A stretch of 63,437 nt of DNA, counting the filler. It is 13 parts of 13 records of this genome, joined end to end, with 100 filler letters (N's around TTAATTAATTAA, not from the genome) between each part and the next. Parts side by side here need not be neighbours in the genome. Positions count along the whole stretch, not along the records: positions 10,320 to 14,147 come from SRR7504441_10270; positions 14,248 to 19,449 come from SRR7504441_10282; positions 19,550 to 23,279 come from SRR7504441_10294; 10 more parts are not named here. The stretch is one strand, 5' to 3'. Below are positions 11,908 to 23,379 of the stretch, one piece after another. A program made the position numbers and the translations under genes. A model generated the notes under the pieces. That model did no database searches, was not told where the DNA came from, and saw only the letters and a program-made list of their open reading frames with translations. Position 1 is the stretch's first letter. The number at the start of each line of letters is the position of its first letter.

Positions 11908-13347
11908 ATGTCGTTAGAATCTGATCCTGGCATGGCCAGGTCGCCGTCCGAGCTGCGGGCCCAGCTGCGGGTGCTCAAAGCCGTGGCGGGGCTGCTCTGC
12001 CTGGTTGTCGCCGGGGCAGCGCCGGTGCAGCTGACCCGGCTCGGGCGGACGCTCAGTCAGCAAGACGCCGCCTGGGTCCGGGCGGCCACCGCCAGAGTGA
12101 TTGCAGGCGGGCGGTTCTGGGCCCGATCGGCCGGTGGACTCAATGGCACTTTCTATGCTCCGGATGACGGCTCCGATAGGCGGCACCACTACCCAGACCA
12201 GTATGTCCGCGACTTCTACTACACCTTCCGAGGGGCTCCAGACCTCATCCCTGGCAGCCAGGTGGTGGGCCATGGCCGGTGGCGGCGAGAGTGCGGGCAG
12301 GTGTCACCGATCCTGGACTACCTGCTCCAGGGCCAGAACACGAGCTCGGGGGAGATACCCGAGGGCGGGATGCCGCCCAACCGGCCGGTGTTTAATTGCA
12401 ACGACAACGGCCCTTTCCTGGCTCTGGCGGCAGCCGAGTATGCCAGGCTGTTTGAGGACCTGCCCTGGCTGTGCGGGGGGGGCCGGCTGAATCGGCTCCT
12501 GCGGGGGCTCCAGTTCCTGCAGGTTTCGATGGACGCCCCGCCGCATCTTGTGAGCGAGCGGAACGGCCGGCCTATGTATGGATTCACCGATGGCGAGCAG
12601 AAGCAAGGCAGGGTGTTGTTCACATCACTGCTGGTGCTCCAGGCAGCGAACGCGCTGGTCGGGCAGATTAAGGCTGCAAAAGCGGCTGGTTTGGCTTGCG
12701 ACGGCGCTGCAACTGAAGAGCAGTTTTCGGAGCTAGCCCGGCTGGTGAATGCGACGATTTCCAGTGGATACTTGGAGGACAATTCGTTCGGTTCTGGTCT
12801 ATTGCTCGCCACCGATCAGCCGGGCGGGAACTCGCAGCCTGACGTCTGGGGCTCCGGGCTGGCTGTGCACATTGGAGCTGGCACTTACCGCCAGAGGAGC
12901 CGGCTGGCCGCTCAGCTGGCGCTGAATGCGGACAGAATCTTCCGGTGGGGCCAGGCGAGGCACTTGCTGCATCCAATGTGCTGGGAGAAGGCTGGGATCT
13001 GGCCGGGCTATATGAACCCAAATTACTGCGACCAGACCGGAGCCCAAGGCTGGTGCGGCCCCAATGTGTCAGGATGCGGCTCCTACCAGAATGGTGGCTA
13101 TTGGGCGACTCCGCTCCGATGGCTGCTGCCGGCTGTGGCGTCGGCGAATTTCAGCCTCGCGGCTCAGTTGCTGCAAGATGTTGTGGAAGATTTCCGTGTG
13201 AATGGAGTCAACGAAGCCGTGAATCACCAGTTTGTGTACTCGCGGACCCCGCATCCGCCCGACCCTACTGTCGGCCCCAAAACCTATACCGGAGTGATGG
13301 GCTACTTGGCTTCAGCTGCAAGCGTCTACGGAACCATATACAATTGA
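11908..13347 (+). CDS. Putative six-hairpin glycosidase-like protein, paralog of 10405..11829, with a signal/anchor; probable in-frame 39-nt intron at 12262-12300
   Basis: Motifs QYVRDF, DNGPF, YGFTD, DVWGS, GQARHL and YQNGGYWATP; hydrophobic N-terminus VAGLLCLVVAGAA; CAG|GTGGTG..GGGCAG|GTG. Confidence 0.65.
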   Translation: MSLESDPGMARSPSELRAQLRVLKAVAGLLCLVVAGAAPVQLTRLGRTLSQQDAAWVRAATARVIAGGRFWARSAGGLNGTFYAPDDGSDRRHHYPDQYVRDFYYTFRGAPDLIPGSQVVGHGRWRRECGQVSPILDYLLQGQNTSSGEIPEGGMPPNRPVFNCNDNGPFLALAAAEYARLFEDLPWLCGGGRLNRLLRGLQFLQVSMDAPPHLVSERNGRPMYGFTDGEQKQGRVLFTSLLVLQAANALVGQIKAAKAAGLACDGAATEEQFSELARLVNATISSGYLEDNSFGSGLLLATDQPGGNSQPDVWGSGLAVHIGAGTYRQRSRLAAQLALNADRIFRWGQARHLLHPMCWEKAGIWPGYMNPNYCDQTGAQGWCGPNVSGCGSYQNGGYWATPLRWLLPAVASANFSLAAQLLQDVVEDFRVNGVNEAVNHQFVYSRTPHPPDPTVGPKTYTGVMGYLASAASVYGTIYN

Positions 13348-13553
13348 CCGGTGATCAATATTCACTTGGTGCCAGTTTACTTCATTTACTTGAATCGAAC
13401 GCAGAGGCATTGAACTACTTACAGTAATAAATCCATGTATGTACACGTTTTTATTCGTTTTTATAAGGTTATTGAATACAGATCATCATTTGATCAAGAT
13501 TTTGCTAGGTTCGTTGGTGCATTCGATATCAATTACAATAAAAAAGCCGGTGA

Positions 13554-14147
13554 TCAACCCTTGAGCTGCCGCCGCTTGAGCTCCTTGGCCTTGTATTGGC
13601 TGATAGCCCCGCGCACTGCGTCGGCTGTGATCGCGCCTTGGCAAACATAAAACCCTCCCTCATCCGGAATATCCAACAACAGCAGAGTCGGCTCGGTCGC
13701 TCCCTCGAGCTCAGTAAGGCTGCGGACTTGAGCTTCCACATTTCCGGGCTCGGCCGTGAAGAACCGGAACGCCATCTTGTCCACCTCGCCGCCGGCTGCC
13801 TGGTGGTGCTCTTTGGCTACTTCAGCCATCGCTGCCTGCGCAGTGGCGTCGCCTCCCAGCGCAATCAGGCAGGTCTCCGAATTGAGCGGGCTCGGGTCTT
13901 CATTCACATCTGCGAGCGGCTGCGGCCGCCAGCCATCAGGGAGCGTCTCGCCGCTCGGGTCTTTGGATAGCAGGCTGGTCCCTTGATCGCTGATGAGCTG
14001 TCCGTCGGCATCTAGCACGACCAGTGTAGGGATCCCTTGCACCCCATACAGCTCGCTAAGCGTCTGCTTGCCGGCCCGGTCGGCGAACGGCAGGGCTAGC
14101 CAGGGCATGCTCCCGAGGTACTCGTCAAACGCGGCCTGGTCCTTGTC
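13554..14147 (-). CDS. Nucleoredoxin/tryparedoxin-like thioredoxin-fold protein, 3' part
   Basis: FDEYLGSMPWLALPF..LSELYGVQGIPTLVVLDADG is typical of nucleoredoxin-family domains. The 5' end is cut by a linker. Confidence 0.85.
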   Translation of the reverse strand, partial: DKDQAAFDEYLGSMPWLALPFADRAGKQTLSELYGVQGIPTLVVLDADGQLISDQGTSLLSKDPSGETLPDGWRPQPLADVNEDPSPLNSETCLIALGGDATAQAAMAEVAKEHHQAAGGEVDKMAFRFFTAEPGNVEAQVRSLTELEGATEPTLLLLDIPDEGGFYVCQGAITADAVRGAISQYKAKELKRRQLKG

Positions 14148-14572
14148 NNNNNNNNNNNNNNNNNNNNNNNNNNNNNNNNNNNNNNNNNNNNTTAATTAAT
14201 TAANNNNNNNNNNNNNNNNNNNNNNNNNNNNNNNNNNNNNNNNNNNNCGTCCAGCCGACTGAGCAGGCCGGCCATGCGTGCACACTGTCGATCCCGAGCC
14301 TCGTGGCCGTTCACAATCTGTTGTACGATTATTATCATTTCATTTGAATTAATTTGAATTCGAGAATAAATTTGGTTTTGTTGATAAGAGCCGTAAGAGT
14401 CCAGTGCTCACTTACTGATTAATCTCGGGACCAGATACGTGATTTGCAGCCTGTGATTGAAAACTGTTTAAAACTGACAAGCTTGTGACTGTGATTGTGT
14501 GACTGTGTTGGTTGTGCATCGATCGATTGACTTGAATGTAGCATATCGAGAGTCGGAACCCTTCATCAGTGC

Positions 14573-17500
14573 TCATGCAGTCTGACTAGAACCGGGTCCC
14601 ACTAGCATGGTCGACATTTGCATCGCCTGTCCAGCCGCAACAGCCGCATGCAGGTTCTTGTTTTGATACGCCAACGCCAAGACCGACCGGCCGTCGTTGT
14701 CGCTAATGTCCACCCGCCCGCCTGCCCTGACCAGGATCTGGAGCACTTGGGTGTGTCCCTTGTACGCAGCACAGTGCAGCGCAGTCCGGCCAAACAAGTC
14801 TGTGGTGCAGGCGGTCATGCTCGCCCCAGCTTGCACCAGCAGAGTGCAGCAACTCTCAGAGCCAACCAACGCCGCCTCGTGCAGCGCAGTACGCCCGTCC
14901 TTGGTAATAGCGTCAAAGTCGCACCCGCCGTCAATCAGAACCTCCAACGCCGCCGCCTGGTTGTGTCGGGCCGCATAGTGCACCGCTGCGAGGCCTGCAC
15001 AGTCTGTTAGCTCCGCTCCAGAACGTCAGCCGCACCGGTGGTCCCGTCAGGCAGATCAATCTCGGCCCCGAGTGCAAGGAGAGTGGAGATCACCTCTGCA
15101 TGCCCATGCCAGGCAGCCAGGTGCAGTGCCGACCGCCCGATCACGCCTGTCGACCAGTGATGGCAAGCTCACCCCGGCATACACACCCCCAGACAAGCCA
15201 TCCATCTCGGCACCGGCTTGGCACAGGAATTCGACACACAGAGTGTTGCCGCCGCACGCCGCGTGGTGCAGCGCAGTGCGGGCGTCGCTGTCGAGAAGCT
15301 CCACCTCGATTTCGGGACAACGCAGCAGCACTGCAAGCACGCCGTCGTTCCCGCAGTTGGCCGCCCAGTGCAGCGCCGCCCAGCCATTGGTGTCGATGGC
15401 GTTGACGTCAGCTTTGTCCGTGATAGCTGCACATGCCTGCCACAACAGTCATGCGACCCATCTGCGCGCTGTGCCTGCGAAACGTCCCCACGTCGTGCGG
15501 CATCGAAAAGCGAGACCTCCATTGTAGGAGCCCCGGCGACCACCCCCTTGTAGTCTGCCAGCTCACGGGCCAGCTGGGAGGTTAGTTGAAGCTGAGCCGA
15601 CGCCGGCAGGCCTTGGCGATAGTTCTTTGGAAGCGAGCCGCCCCAAAACTCGAAAGCCATCAGCGCGGCGATGCGAGCAAACCGCCGCCAATTGACCAGC
15701 TGATGCTCGTCGCAGTCGGCCTCGGAGATGATCGCTTGGACTTGGATCGCAGTGAGCCTCATGGTCGAGAGCACATCCGAGATTTGGTTGGCAAATATCT
15801 TGCCTCGGCTGTCAACGTCGTACTTCCCGAGCGTGTCACTAAAGTACTGGGTGAGCTCTCTGAGAGGACCTGCCCGGGGGTTCAGCCAGCGGCTGGGCTG
15901 GGTAGGCGCCGGCATCGGTGAGCAATTTATCTTTGACGATCTCGACGAGAAGCTCGAACATCAACGGAGCGAACTCTGCAGCCAGCTCAGAGAACAATCA
16001 GATCACGCAGTCAACGCACCGGTGTAGTCGATCAGGCCAGTCTGGCTCACATTAGCCTCAGCCATCAGACAATTTATCTCCCGCTTGGAAAGTCCTGCCC
16101 CAGTTGAGCCACCCGACCGGCCGTAGCCGCACCGAGGTTGAGTTTGCGGACACAGTGCACAAACTGCCGGCGGTCCAACATCGAGTCTCTGTCCAGATCG
16201 GCTGCTTCGAACGTGCGCAGTATGGTCTCGTCCAGATGGCTCTGCCATACCTCACCCGCCGCCCCTGTGGTCGGCTGCCTGGGGCATCCCATCCAGCAAG
16301 TACTCGACCGCAGCCCCGTGCGCTGTCGATTCTGTGTAGCTGAGGCTCGCCCTGCACCGGCTCAGTCTAGCGTTGCCAAGCTGCATGTGGTCGACCTGGA
16401 GCTGTCGAGCACCCGGGCAGCCTGGATCATGTCAATCACCACCGGGACGAACTCCGAGTACTCGATCCAGCCGTCTTGGTGCGTGTCGGCCGCTTGCATC
16501 ACCTGCCCACCTCCTCTCGAGACACTGTGATAGCAGCGTGCCACCTGCCGGTACGTACGGGCAGAAAGCCCCAGTCCCGACTGCTTGAGCAGCTCTCCGA
16601 ACTCCTTCTGGTCAAGCACGCCGTTCCTGTCGGTGTCCGCCTCCAGGAACAGCTTCCGGAGGTAAAAGATCAGATCGTCGCACGACATGTCCTGCAACTG
16701 CTCGGCCAGTGCAGCGGGCACACAGCGCACCTGAAGCTTTGGGAGCACCACGGACGGCTCCGTGGGTAGTCCGCCGCCCCAGAAGGCCAGAGCCCCACAG
16801 GCGGCCACCCGCTTGAACCTTGAGTAGTCCACCTACCCGCTGATGACGGCCAGACCAATCGGTGTGAGCACCTGATCATTCCGGACTACAGCGTCCCCGA
16901 TCAGCGAAATCACTTGCTGAGGAGACAGCGGGAGCATCTGAAGCGCCGTCTCCAGCTCTTCGCAGGTGAGCAGCCCATCCCCGTCAACGTCGGCCGCTAC
17001 AAAATGCCGCAGCACCAGATCCATCGCCTGCCAGACCCTCACGAGGACCAGACTGACCCCGTCGCCTCAGGGAGTGCGCCCCCACCCTCAAGCAGCGAGC
17101 CTGCCACGAGCCCGACAGCCGCCTCAAACAGCTCCTCCACCCGGTACTCGAATCTGATCTCGCCGGTCCGATCGAAATCCAAATTGTACGCCAAGAAATC
17201 AATCTCAGAACGGGTCAGCCCGAGATCCTGACACGGTGGTGTCAGGTCGGGAGGCCCGTGAGATCAATCTCAGTGCGTGCAAACTGCTGACTCGCCTGCT
17301 GGTGCAGGCATTGCTTGAACGCGTCAGTGGGGAGTCCGCCGTCGTGGTTGACGTCTGCATTCTTGAGCTCTGCCAGGATCTGACCCATCACCTAATCATA
17401 GCACTCAGCGGTCGGCCGCGGTCCGAAGTCTCACAACGTCCTCGCCATTGTCTCTGAGCAGAAAGTCCAGCGCCGCAACTCTGGCCGCCTCGTGCTGCGA

Positions 17501-19074
17501 CTGCTCCCACTCTTAGATGCCATTCTAAACCCGGCAAAATCCCACCTGTCGAAGCTCCGGGTTCTCCGCGGCGAGCCTGGCCGCTTCCGCCAGCTGGGCC
17601 CGCAGATCAGCCCACAGAGCCGCTGCAACGGCACCTCCATCATGAGCGGCACGAAGTCCTCAAAGTCAAGCTCCGGAGTCAAGCTGAAATCGGCTGCGGC
17701 GATCACCTGCCCGAGCTATTGCCCCGACTACCCGGTCTATCAACCTGCAGCTGGACCGAAGGCGAGAGAGCCAGGCATGATTCTAGCAGGAGCTGCCGGA
17801 ACTCGTGCTCGCGCAGGATCCCGGAGCCGCCGGTATCGTACGTATTGAACAGCTCGGTCAGAAGGGCCTGCGCCGTCCGTTGAGCCATCGCTCGAGAGAC
17901 CCTCGAGAGACCTGCAGTTCTCCGGGAGACTGTGACAGGAACTGTGTCTTCATCTCGAGATGCTTCGGCGGGGGCGGCGGGTCAAGCAGCGCCACGTCGG
18001 CCATCCGTGGGGCCACCGCGGCCACCAGCTCGCGTGATCGCTGGCCTGGCGGGTCGTTAGGGCTGGGATCGTCCAACTGCTTGGCTGCTGCCTCAAAAGG
18101 GTTCCGACCCCAGGCCTTGAGTGCCACCTGTGCAGCGGCCCGGGCAAACGGCCGATACTGGACGGTCCGTTTGGGGCACACGACCGCTTGGAGCACGCAC
18201 TTCTCGGCCGTGGGCTCGGACACGCCCAGCCTCGAAAGCACTTCCCTCACCTGCTGGTACTCAGCACTGGCGGCGGTCGACTCGCCTGCGCCGTGCGGAG
18301 CAGGCCGCGGCTGGTGGCATCGGCCGCCTCGAACCCGGCCAGGAACACTTGCTCGATGGCAGTGAGCGCGTTGGCCTGAGGGCCGAGCAGCTTGTCACTG
18401 AACGCCTGCACTCACGGCTCAACTGGCAGCTCGGAGCGGGGCCTGACCTGCACCAGCAGCCCTACGACCTGCGGCAGGGCCTCCTCGTACAGCACCCGCC
18501 CGTCCGGCCCGACCGGCGACTCGGCGCACACCACGGCTATCTGGGCCGCCGGTGAGAGCTAGGCCTGGCAGGTCTGTTCACCTCGCCAGAAGTGAGCCCG
18601 AGGTCGAGGCGGCGAAGGCAGCCAGCGAAGGCCTCCGGGGTGAGGCTGCCGGCGGCGGCGGTGTCGGCCTCGGTGCACTGGCACATCAGTTGCTCCTCGA
18701 TCATCTCCACCGGCCGCCCTCCAGTCAGCTGCTGCTCGGCCTTCACTCGGGCCTGCCCCGCGCTGCAGCCGGACACAGCCCGGCCGCACCTGGTCGAAAG
18801 CGGCGATCGGCGTGGCGCCGTACGCCCCGCACGCGTCGACCAGCTCGAGTGCGGCGGTGAGGTCCTGCAGCCAGCTGCTGTATTCGACCGATTGGTTGGG
18901 CCCGTCCGTGGCCGCCGCCTCGGTGAGCCGCCGGACAGTGAAGGCGTCGAGCCCCGGCACGGCCCGGAGCAGCGCGCTGAAGCTGGCCAGGCTGACCCGC
19001 CCGGAGCCGGACGGGTCGGCTGCCTCAAACCCCGCCCGCAGCTCGCTGGCGAGGGCCGCAGCGTCCAGAGGCAT
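14573..19074 (-). CDS. Large poly-EF-hand protein with C-terminal ankyrin repeats, multi-exon
   Basis: Many EF-hand-like loops (ADPSGSGRVS, YDTGGSGILR, ADVDGDGLLT, ADTDRNGVLD, ADTHQDGWIE, ADLDRDSMLD, YDVDSRGKIF). A GC-AG intron (15437-15474) joins them to ankyrin repeats (GWAALHWAA, RTALHHAA, GRTALHEAA, GRTALHCAA). Confidence 0.7.
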
Positions 19075-19888
19075 AGTTTGTATCAACTGAATTTCGTCCA
19101 ATTTCGCAAGGACAGCCAGGGGTAACTGGGGTTTCAGGGAATTCAGGCAATGGCTTCAGAGCCAAGACTCGACCCTAGAAGCTTTCGAAGGCTTGCACTA
19201 GCCTCTTCGCAGAGCAGCCGCGTGCCGATCGGTCACTCTCATCATATCGATATCCGCTTGATCAGCTACCCGCTCAGCCGAACAAGACTTAGTACTCAAG
19301 TGTTACTTGGCACCGCGCCACCGGCCACTAGCGGGCCACGGGTGCTCTTGATCGGCTCTCACGGGACCGGATGGGAGGCATGGGATCCGCTAGATGGGCC
19401 CGCCGATGGCCGCTAGCAACTGGTTAATTACGTTCTGTAGATCTATTAANNNNNNNNNNNNNNNNNNNNNNNNNNNNNNNNNNNNNNNNNNNNTTAATTA
19501 ATTAANNNNNNNNNNNNNNNNNNNNNNNNNNNNNNNNNNNNNNNNNNNNTGAAATACTGAGGTATCGACAGCCCTCTGGAGAAGCTGAAGCAGTAACTGG
19601 CGAGCCAGATATTAGACGAGATATATAGACGAGTCATCAAGGCGAAGCTCATCGTCCATGATCCATGCGGCAGTCGTGATGTCACGGCTCGACGGGCTCG
19701 AGTCACTCGAGGAGCCGGGCCGCCGCACGCCATCGCGCTCCATCCTCTCCCTCTCACCCGGAGATTCCCTGCGCCGCTGCGCCGTTACGATCCGCCCAAA
19801 GGCTCGTTCGTTACTGGTCTTACATGGATTCAAAGTCATGGTCGTCCTGGTTTAGGCAGAAGACCAAGCCGGATCGGGAAAAAAAAAG

Positions 19889-19985
19889 TTGACTCGACTC
19901 TCTAGACTTTTGTGAGACCACAAATGAGACAGTTTAGTCACGAGGCTCTTATGACAAGTCATAAGGGCTGACTTCAGCGCTGACC
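19889..19985. promoter_or_regulatory. Cluster of W-box / TGAC cores upstream of the WRKY gene
   Basis: TTGACT 19889-19894, AGTCA 19936-19940, palindrome CTTATGAC-AA-GTCATAAG 19948-19965, TGACT 19969-19973, TGACC 19981-19985. Confidence 0.5.
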
Positions 19986-20107
19986 AGGTCGCGCATCAAA
20001 TCTTGCCCGCGCCTCTTACCAGCCGAGTCGGCACACCCGAACGCTTCGATACAGAGAGGGCTGCTGCTGCGCCCGCGGATGATCTGCTGAGCCGAAGTAC
20101 TTAATCG

Positions 20108-23046
20108 ATGCCGGGGCTTCTAGACTCGTTCCTCCGGGAACTACGCGACGCCGCACGGGCCTCCGCTGAGCCCGCCGAGCCGAAGCGTGCCTCCCAATTC
20201 GCCTTGCCTGTTGGCTGCCGTTCCGAGGACACGGCCGCCTGCTGCCCGAGCTTCAACGAATTCACTCAGGTGCTTGTCGCCCGGGCTTTTGGCCGAGCTC
20301 TTACGGTTTGCTCCTGCACCAGGCCCGCCCCCCCGTGGGACTCCCCGGAGGGACGCCGGAGGCCATCAAGCTGAGCGAGCTGGTCCAAGCCTTCCGCCGA
20401 AGCATCGCGGAGAGCAAGTACGTTGAGCTCGACTCGCAACTCACCAACCGGAGCCTCGAGCTGCTGACGGAGGTGCCGATCCCGGCCGCCCGGCCGAACC
20501 TCTTGGCTAACCGAGCGGCCCAGGTGAACCAAGCCGCGGCTAAGACCGACTCGTCCGCGGCGGTAGCCGAGATCAGCGGGCTGTTGAGGCAAACGATCGA
20601 GGGCCTGTCTGCTATGCTGACAGCGCCAACATTCGAGACGTGCATGGAGCAAGCGCAGGAGCGGGCGCATGGGCTGCACTCGGACATAGATGCCTGTGAG
20701 GCAGAGTACAAGAAGCGGACGCACGAACTTGACGTCGACCGGTGCGGGAAATTGAACGTTAAATTGAAAGACTTGTTGATGCAACTATGGGAGAACACTC
20801 AAGCCAGGCTCGGCCAGCTGCATTCGGCGGGCGATGCTGGCAAGAAGGCCAACAAGCTCTCTGAACAGGTCGAGGGGCACAAAGTGCTGATGCAGGGGGT
20901 CATAAACGACTACGAGCAGCTGAAGGAGCAGTCGGACAGCGAGCACGCCTGCGTGAGCCAGTCGGAGGTGCAGCTCGCCGCCTTTGAGGAAAGCATTCTG
21001 TCTGAATACCAGGGCGACCTGCAGTCGCTCAAGCAGACCTCCGAGCGGCTCAAGACCCGGCAGCTGCAACTGGAGGAGGTAGTCCGCACCAGCGTCAAGG
21101 AGCTGCAGAAGGTATATGGCGAGCAAGCTGAGACCAAGCACATCAAGGAAGCGACCGAAGCCACACTCAAGTACGCAAAGAAGACAATGACCGCCGAGAA
21201 GCGGAAGCTGCAGAAGAAGAGCACCGAGCTGCGTCGGACGCGCGAGGCGGCCCGGACAAGCTGCGTCATGCTGAGTGCAGCGAACGCGCTGGTGCTCAAC
21301 TCAGCCGAGCTGGCCAAGGCGGTGCGCGGGCACTGGAGCCAGAGCATGGAGGCCAAGGCGGGCGAGGTGCACATGGAAGTAGTGAGCATGCACCAGAAGC
21401 TTTGGCCGCAGCACCAGGAGCAGGCGGGCAGTCTCAGGTATACGCTGGAGAAGCAGATGTTTGAGGCCGAGGGAACCTTGAAGGCGGGCAGGCAGGCACT
21501 GGAGGAACGAAACATGATAGCAGCCCAGTTGCACAAGAAGCTGCAGGAGAGCATCCTTGAACAGCAGCGGGACACCAATGACAGCCTGGCTGAACTAACC
21601 GAGGAGATAGCGAAGCTGGACGCGGGCGCAAAGCTGTCCTACGCGGCGCTGGCAGCCAGCGGGCAGCCGCAGAAGGACCCTTACCCCGAGACTCAGTTCA
21701 AGATGCTGGACATTCACAAGAAGAAAATCATTCAGGAGCAGGCGCTCGTCTCATCCGGAGCGGAGGAGCTCGTGAACCGACTGCAGAACAAGCGGAAGGA
21801 AATCGACATGCTGATCGAGATAGCAAACGGTCAGCTCACGCTGGAGCAAGATCAGCAGTGGCCGTCATCTCACTGTGCCCTGATCCCCCAACCAGCGGCA
21901 GACCAACTCGACATGCTGCAGAGCTTGCACAAGCAACTCACACTGCTGGCACCGCGCAGCCCACCCACAGAAGCCGAGGCCACGCTGGCACCGCTCACAC
22001 CAGGCGGGTCAACCAAGCGGTCAATATCCGAGGTGGACTGTCTCGAGGCTGGTGCAACCGACTCGGACAACTGCGGTTCCAGCAAGCGACTTTGTGATCG
22101 GATCGACCTGCCAGAGAGTCTGAATGAGCTGGGCTCCCCCAGCCAGGCCAATAACGACGATCTGCTCAACAGCGATACAGACAATGACGATTTCCTCAAC
22201 AACAGCGAGGCCAACAATGACGATATCTTGGATGCTGGTTCTAACGCGCTTGAAACCCAACTGCTAGGAGTGGATCTGATTACAGACCCGCCTTCCGATG
22301 GCCGCAGTGACAGGGAGTGCTCGATTTCGCTGGGGGACGATGCAGACTTGCTGTCTCCACTAGGCATTGACCACAAGCCTATTTCGCTAGATCCCAACCT
22401 GATAGTGACCCGTGAGCAATCATCTATGGAAGTCACGACGGAACTCACATCAGAACTCTCGGAGGATAACCTGCAGGCATTGGCTACGCTGGATGATTGC
22501 CAGCTGAGTGCCATCTGCGACGAGCCGATGAGTAGCGAGTTGGAGCGGGGACTCGAAGATCTGGACGAGTTCAAGGACGCATCAAGTGACTTGGAATCAT
22601 TGATAGATACGCAGTGGGACTGTGCGCTAGACGACGCCTCACCCCACAGTCTTGAGACTGTTGAACCATTGAGGCTCTACAACAGCTTGAGCCTGGAGCC
22701 CACGCTGAACACGATACCTCTGCCGATGGAGCTAACTGCCACTCAGGATATCAAAATGCGGAAAAAGCCAAACGGCAGCACTGTCAGCAAACGTTCGCGA
22801 AAGCGTGACGGTAGAGCTGGCTGGCGCAAGTATGGGCAGAAGTGCATTAAGGGGAAAAGTGAAGACGAACCCATGATGCTTCGAGCCTACTTCAAATGCA
22901 ACCACCCGGGCTGTCCTGCAAGAAAGCAAGTAGAGATGACACTCGGTGCCGACGGGCCTGTGCTGGTGACACACAACCACCAGCACAGCCACCCGGCAGA
23001 GACACACCCCCTAGACAATCCCAAACCAACATGCTCACACGCTTAG
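20108..23046 (+). CDS. WRKY-domain transcription factor with a long N-terminal coiled coil and an acidic region
   Basis: WRKYGQK at 22822 plus a C-X4-C-X23-H-X-H finger. The ATG 20108 exon splices in frame through a GT-AG intron (20270-20322) into ORF 20308..23046. Confidence 0.85.
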
Positions 23047-23051
23047 CTCAT

Positions 23052-23110
23052 CCAAGACTGAAACCAGTCTGGATTTACTTCTGCCCAGGCCAAGACTGAA
23101 ACCAGTCTGG
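23052..23110. repeat. Two identical 21-nt hairpin units CCAAGACTGAAACCAGTCTGG (23052-23072, 23090-23110)
   Basis: Direct repeat; each unit has an AGACTG/CAGTCT stem around an AAAC loop and lies just after the WRKY stop codon. Confidence 0.9.
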
Positions 23111-23379
23111 CTGCAGATGTCACCACAAAGCACGTTACATGTACTATGCAATTATACTAGTTGGTACGATAAACACGATACATTAGGTTGAAATCCTGAA
23201 AATAAATATTTTTACACTAGCTTAGCTTTATTGAAGCATTATTTCCAAGTTTACAACGCGATCGGATGGGCCGCCTTGCNNNNNNNNNNNNNNNNNNNNN
23301 NNNNNNNNNNNNNNNNNNNNNNNTTAATTAATTAANNNNNNNNNNNNNNNNNNNNNNNNNNNNNNNNNNNNNNNNNNNN

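Noticed and set aside
23052-23110. Palindromic direct repeats as a mini CRISPR array
   Set aside because: Only two 21-nt units with a 17-nt spacer, in a eukaryotic 3' region, with no cas genes.
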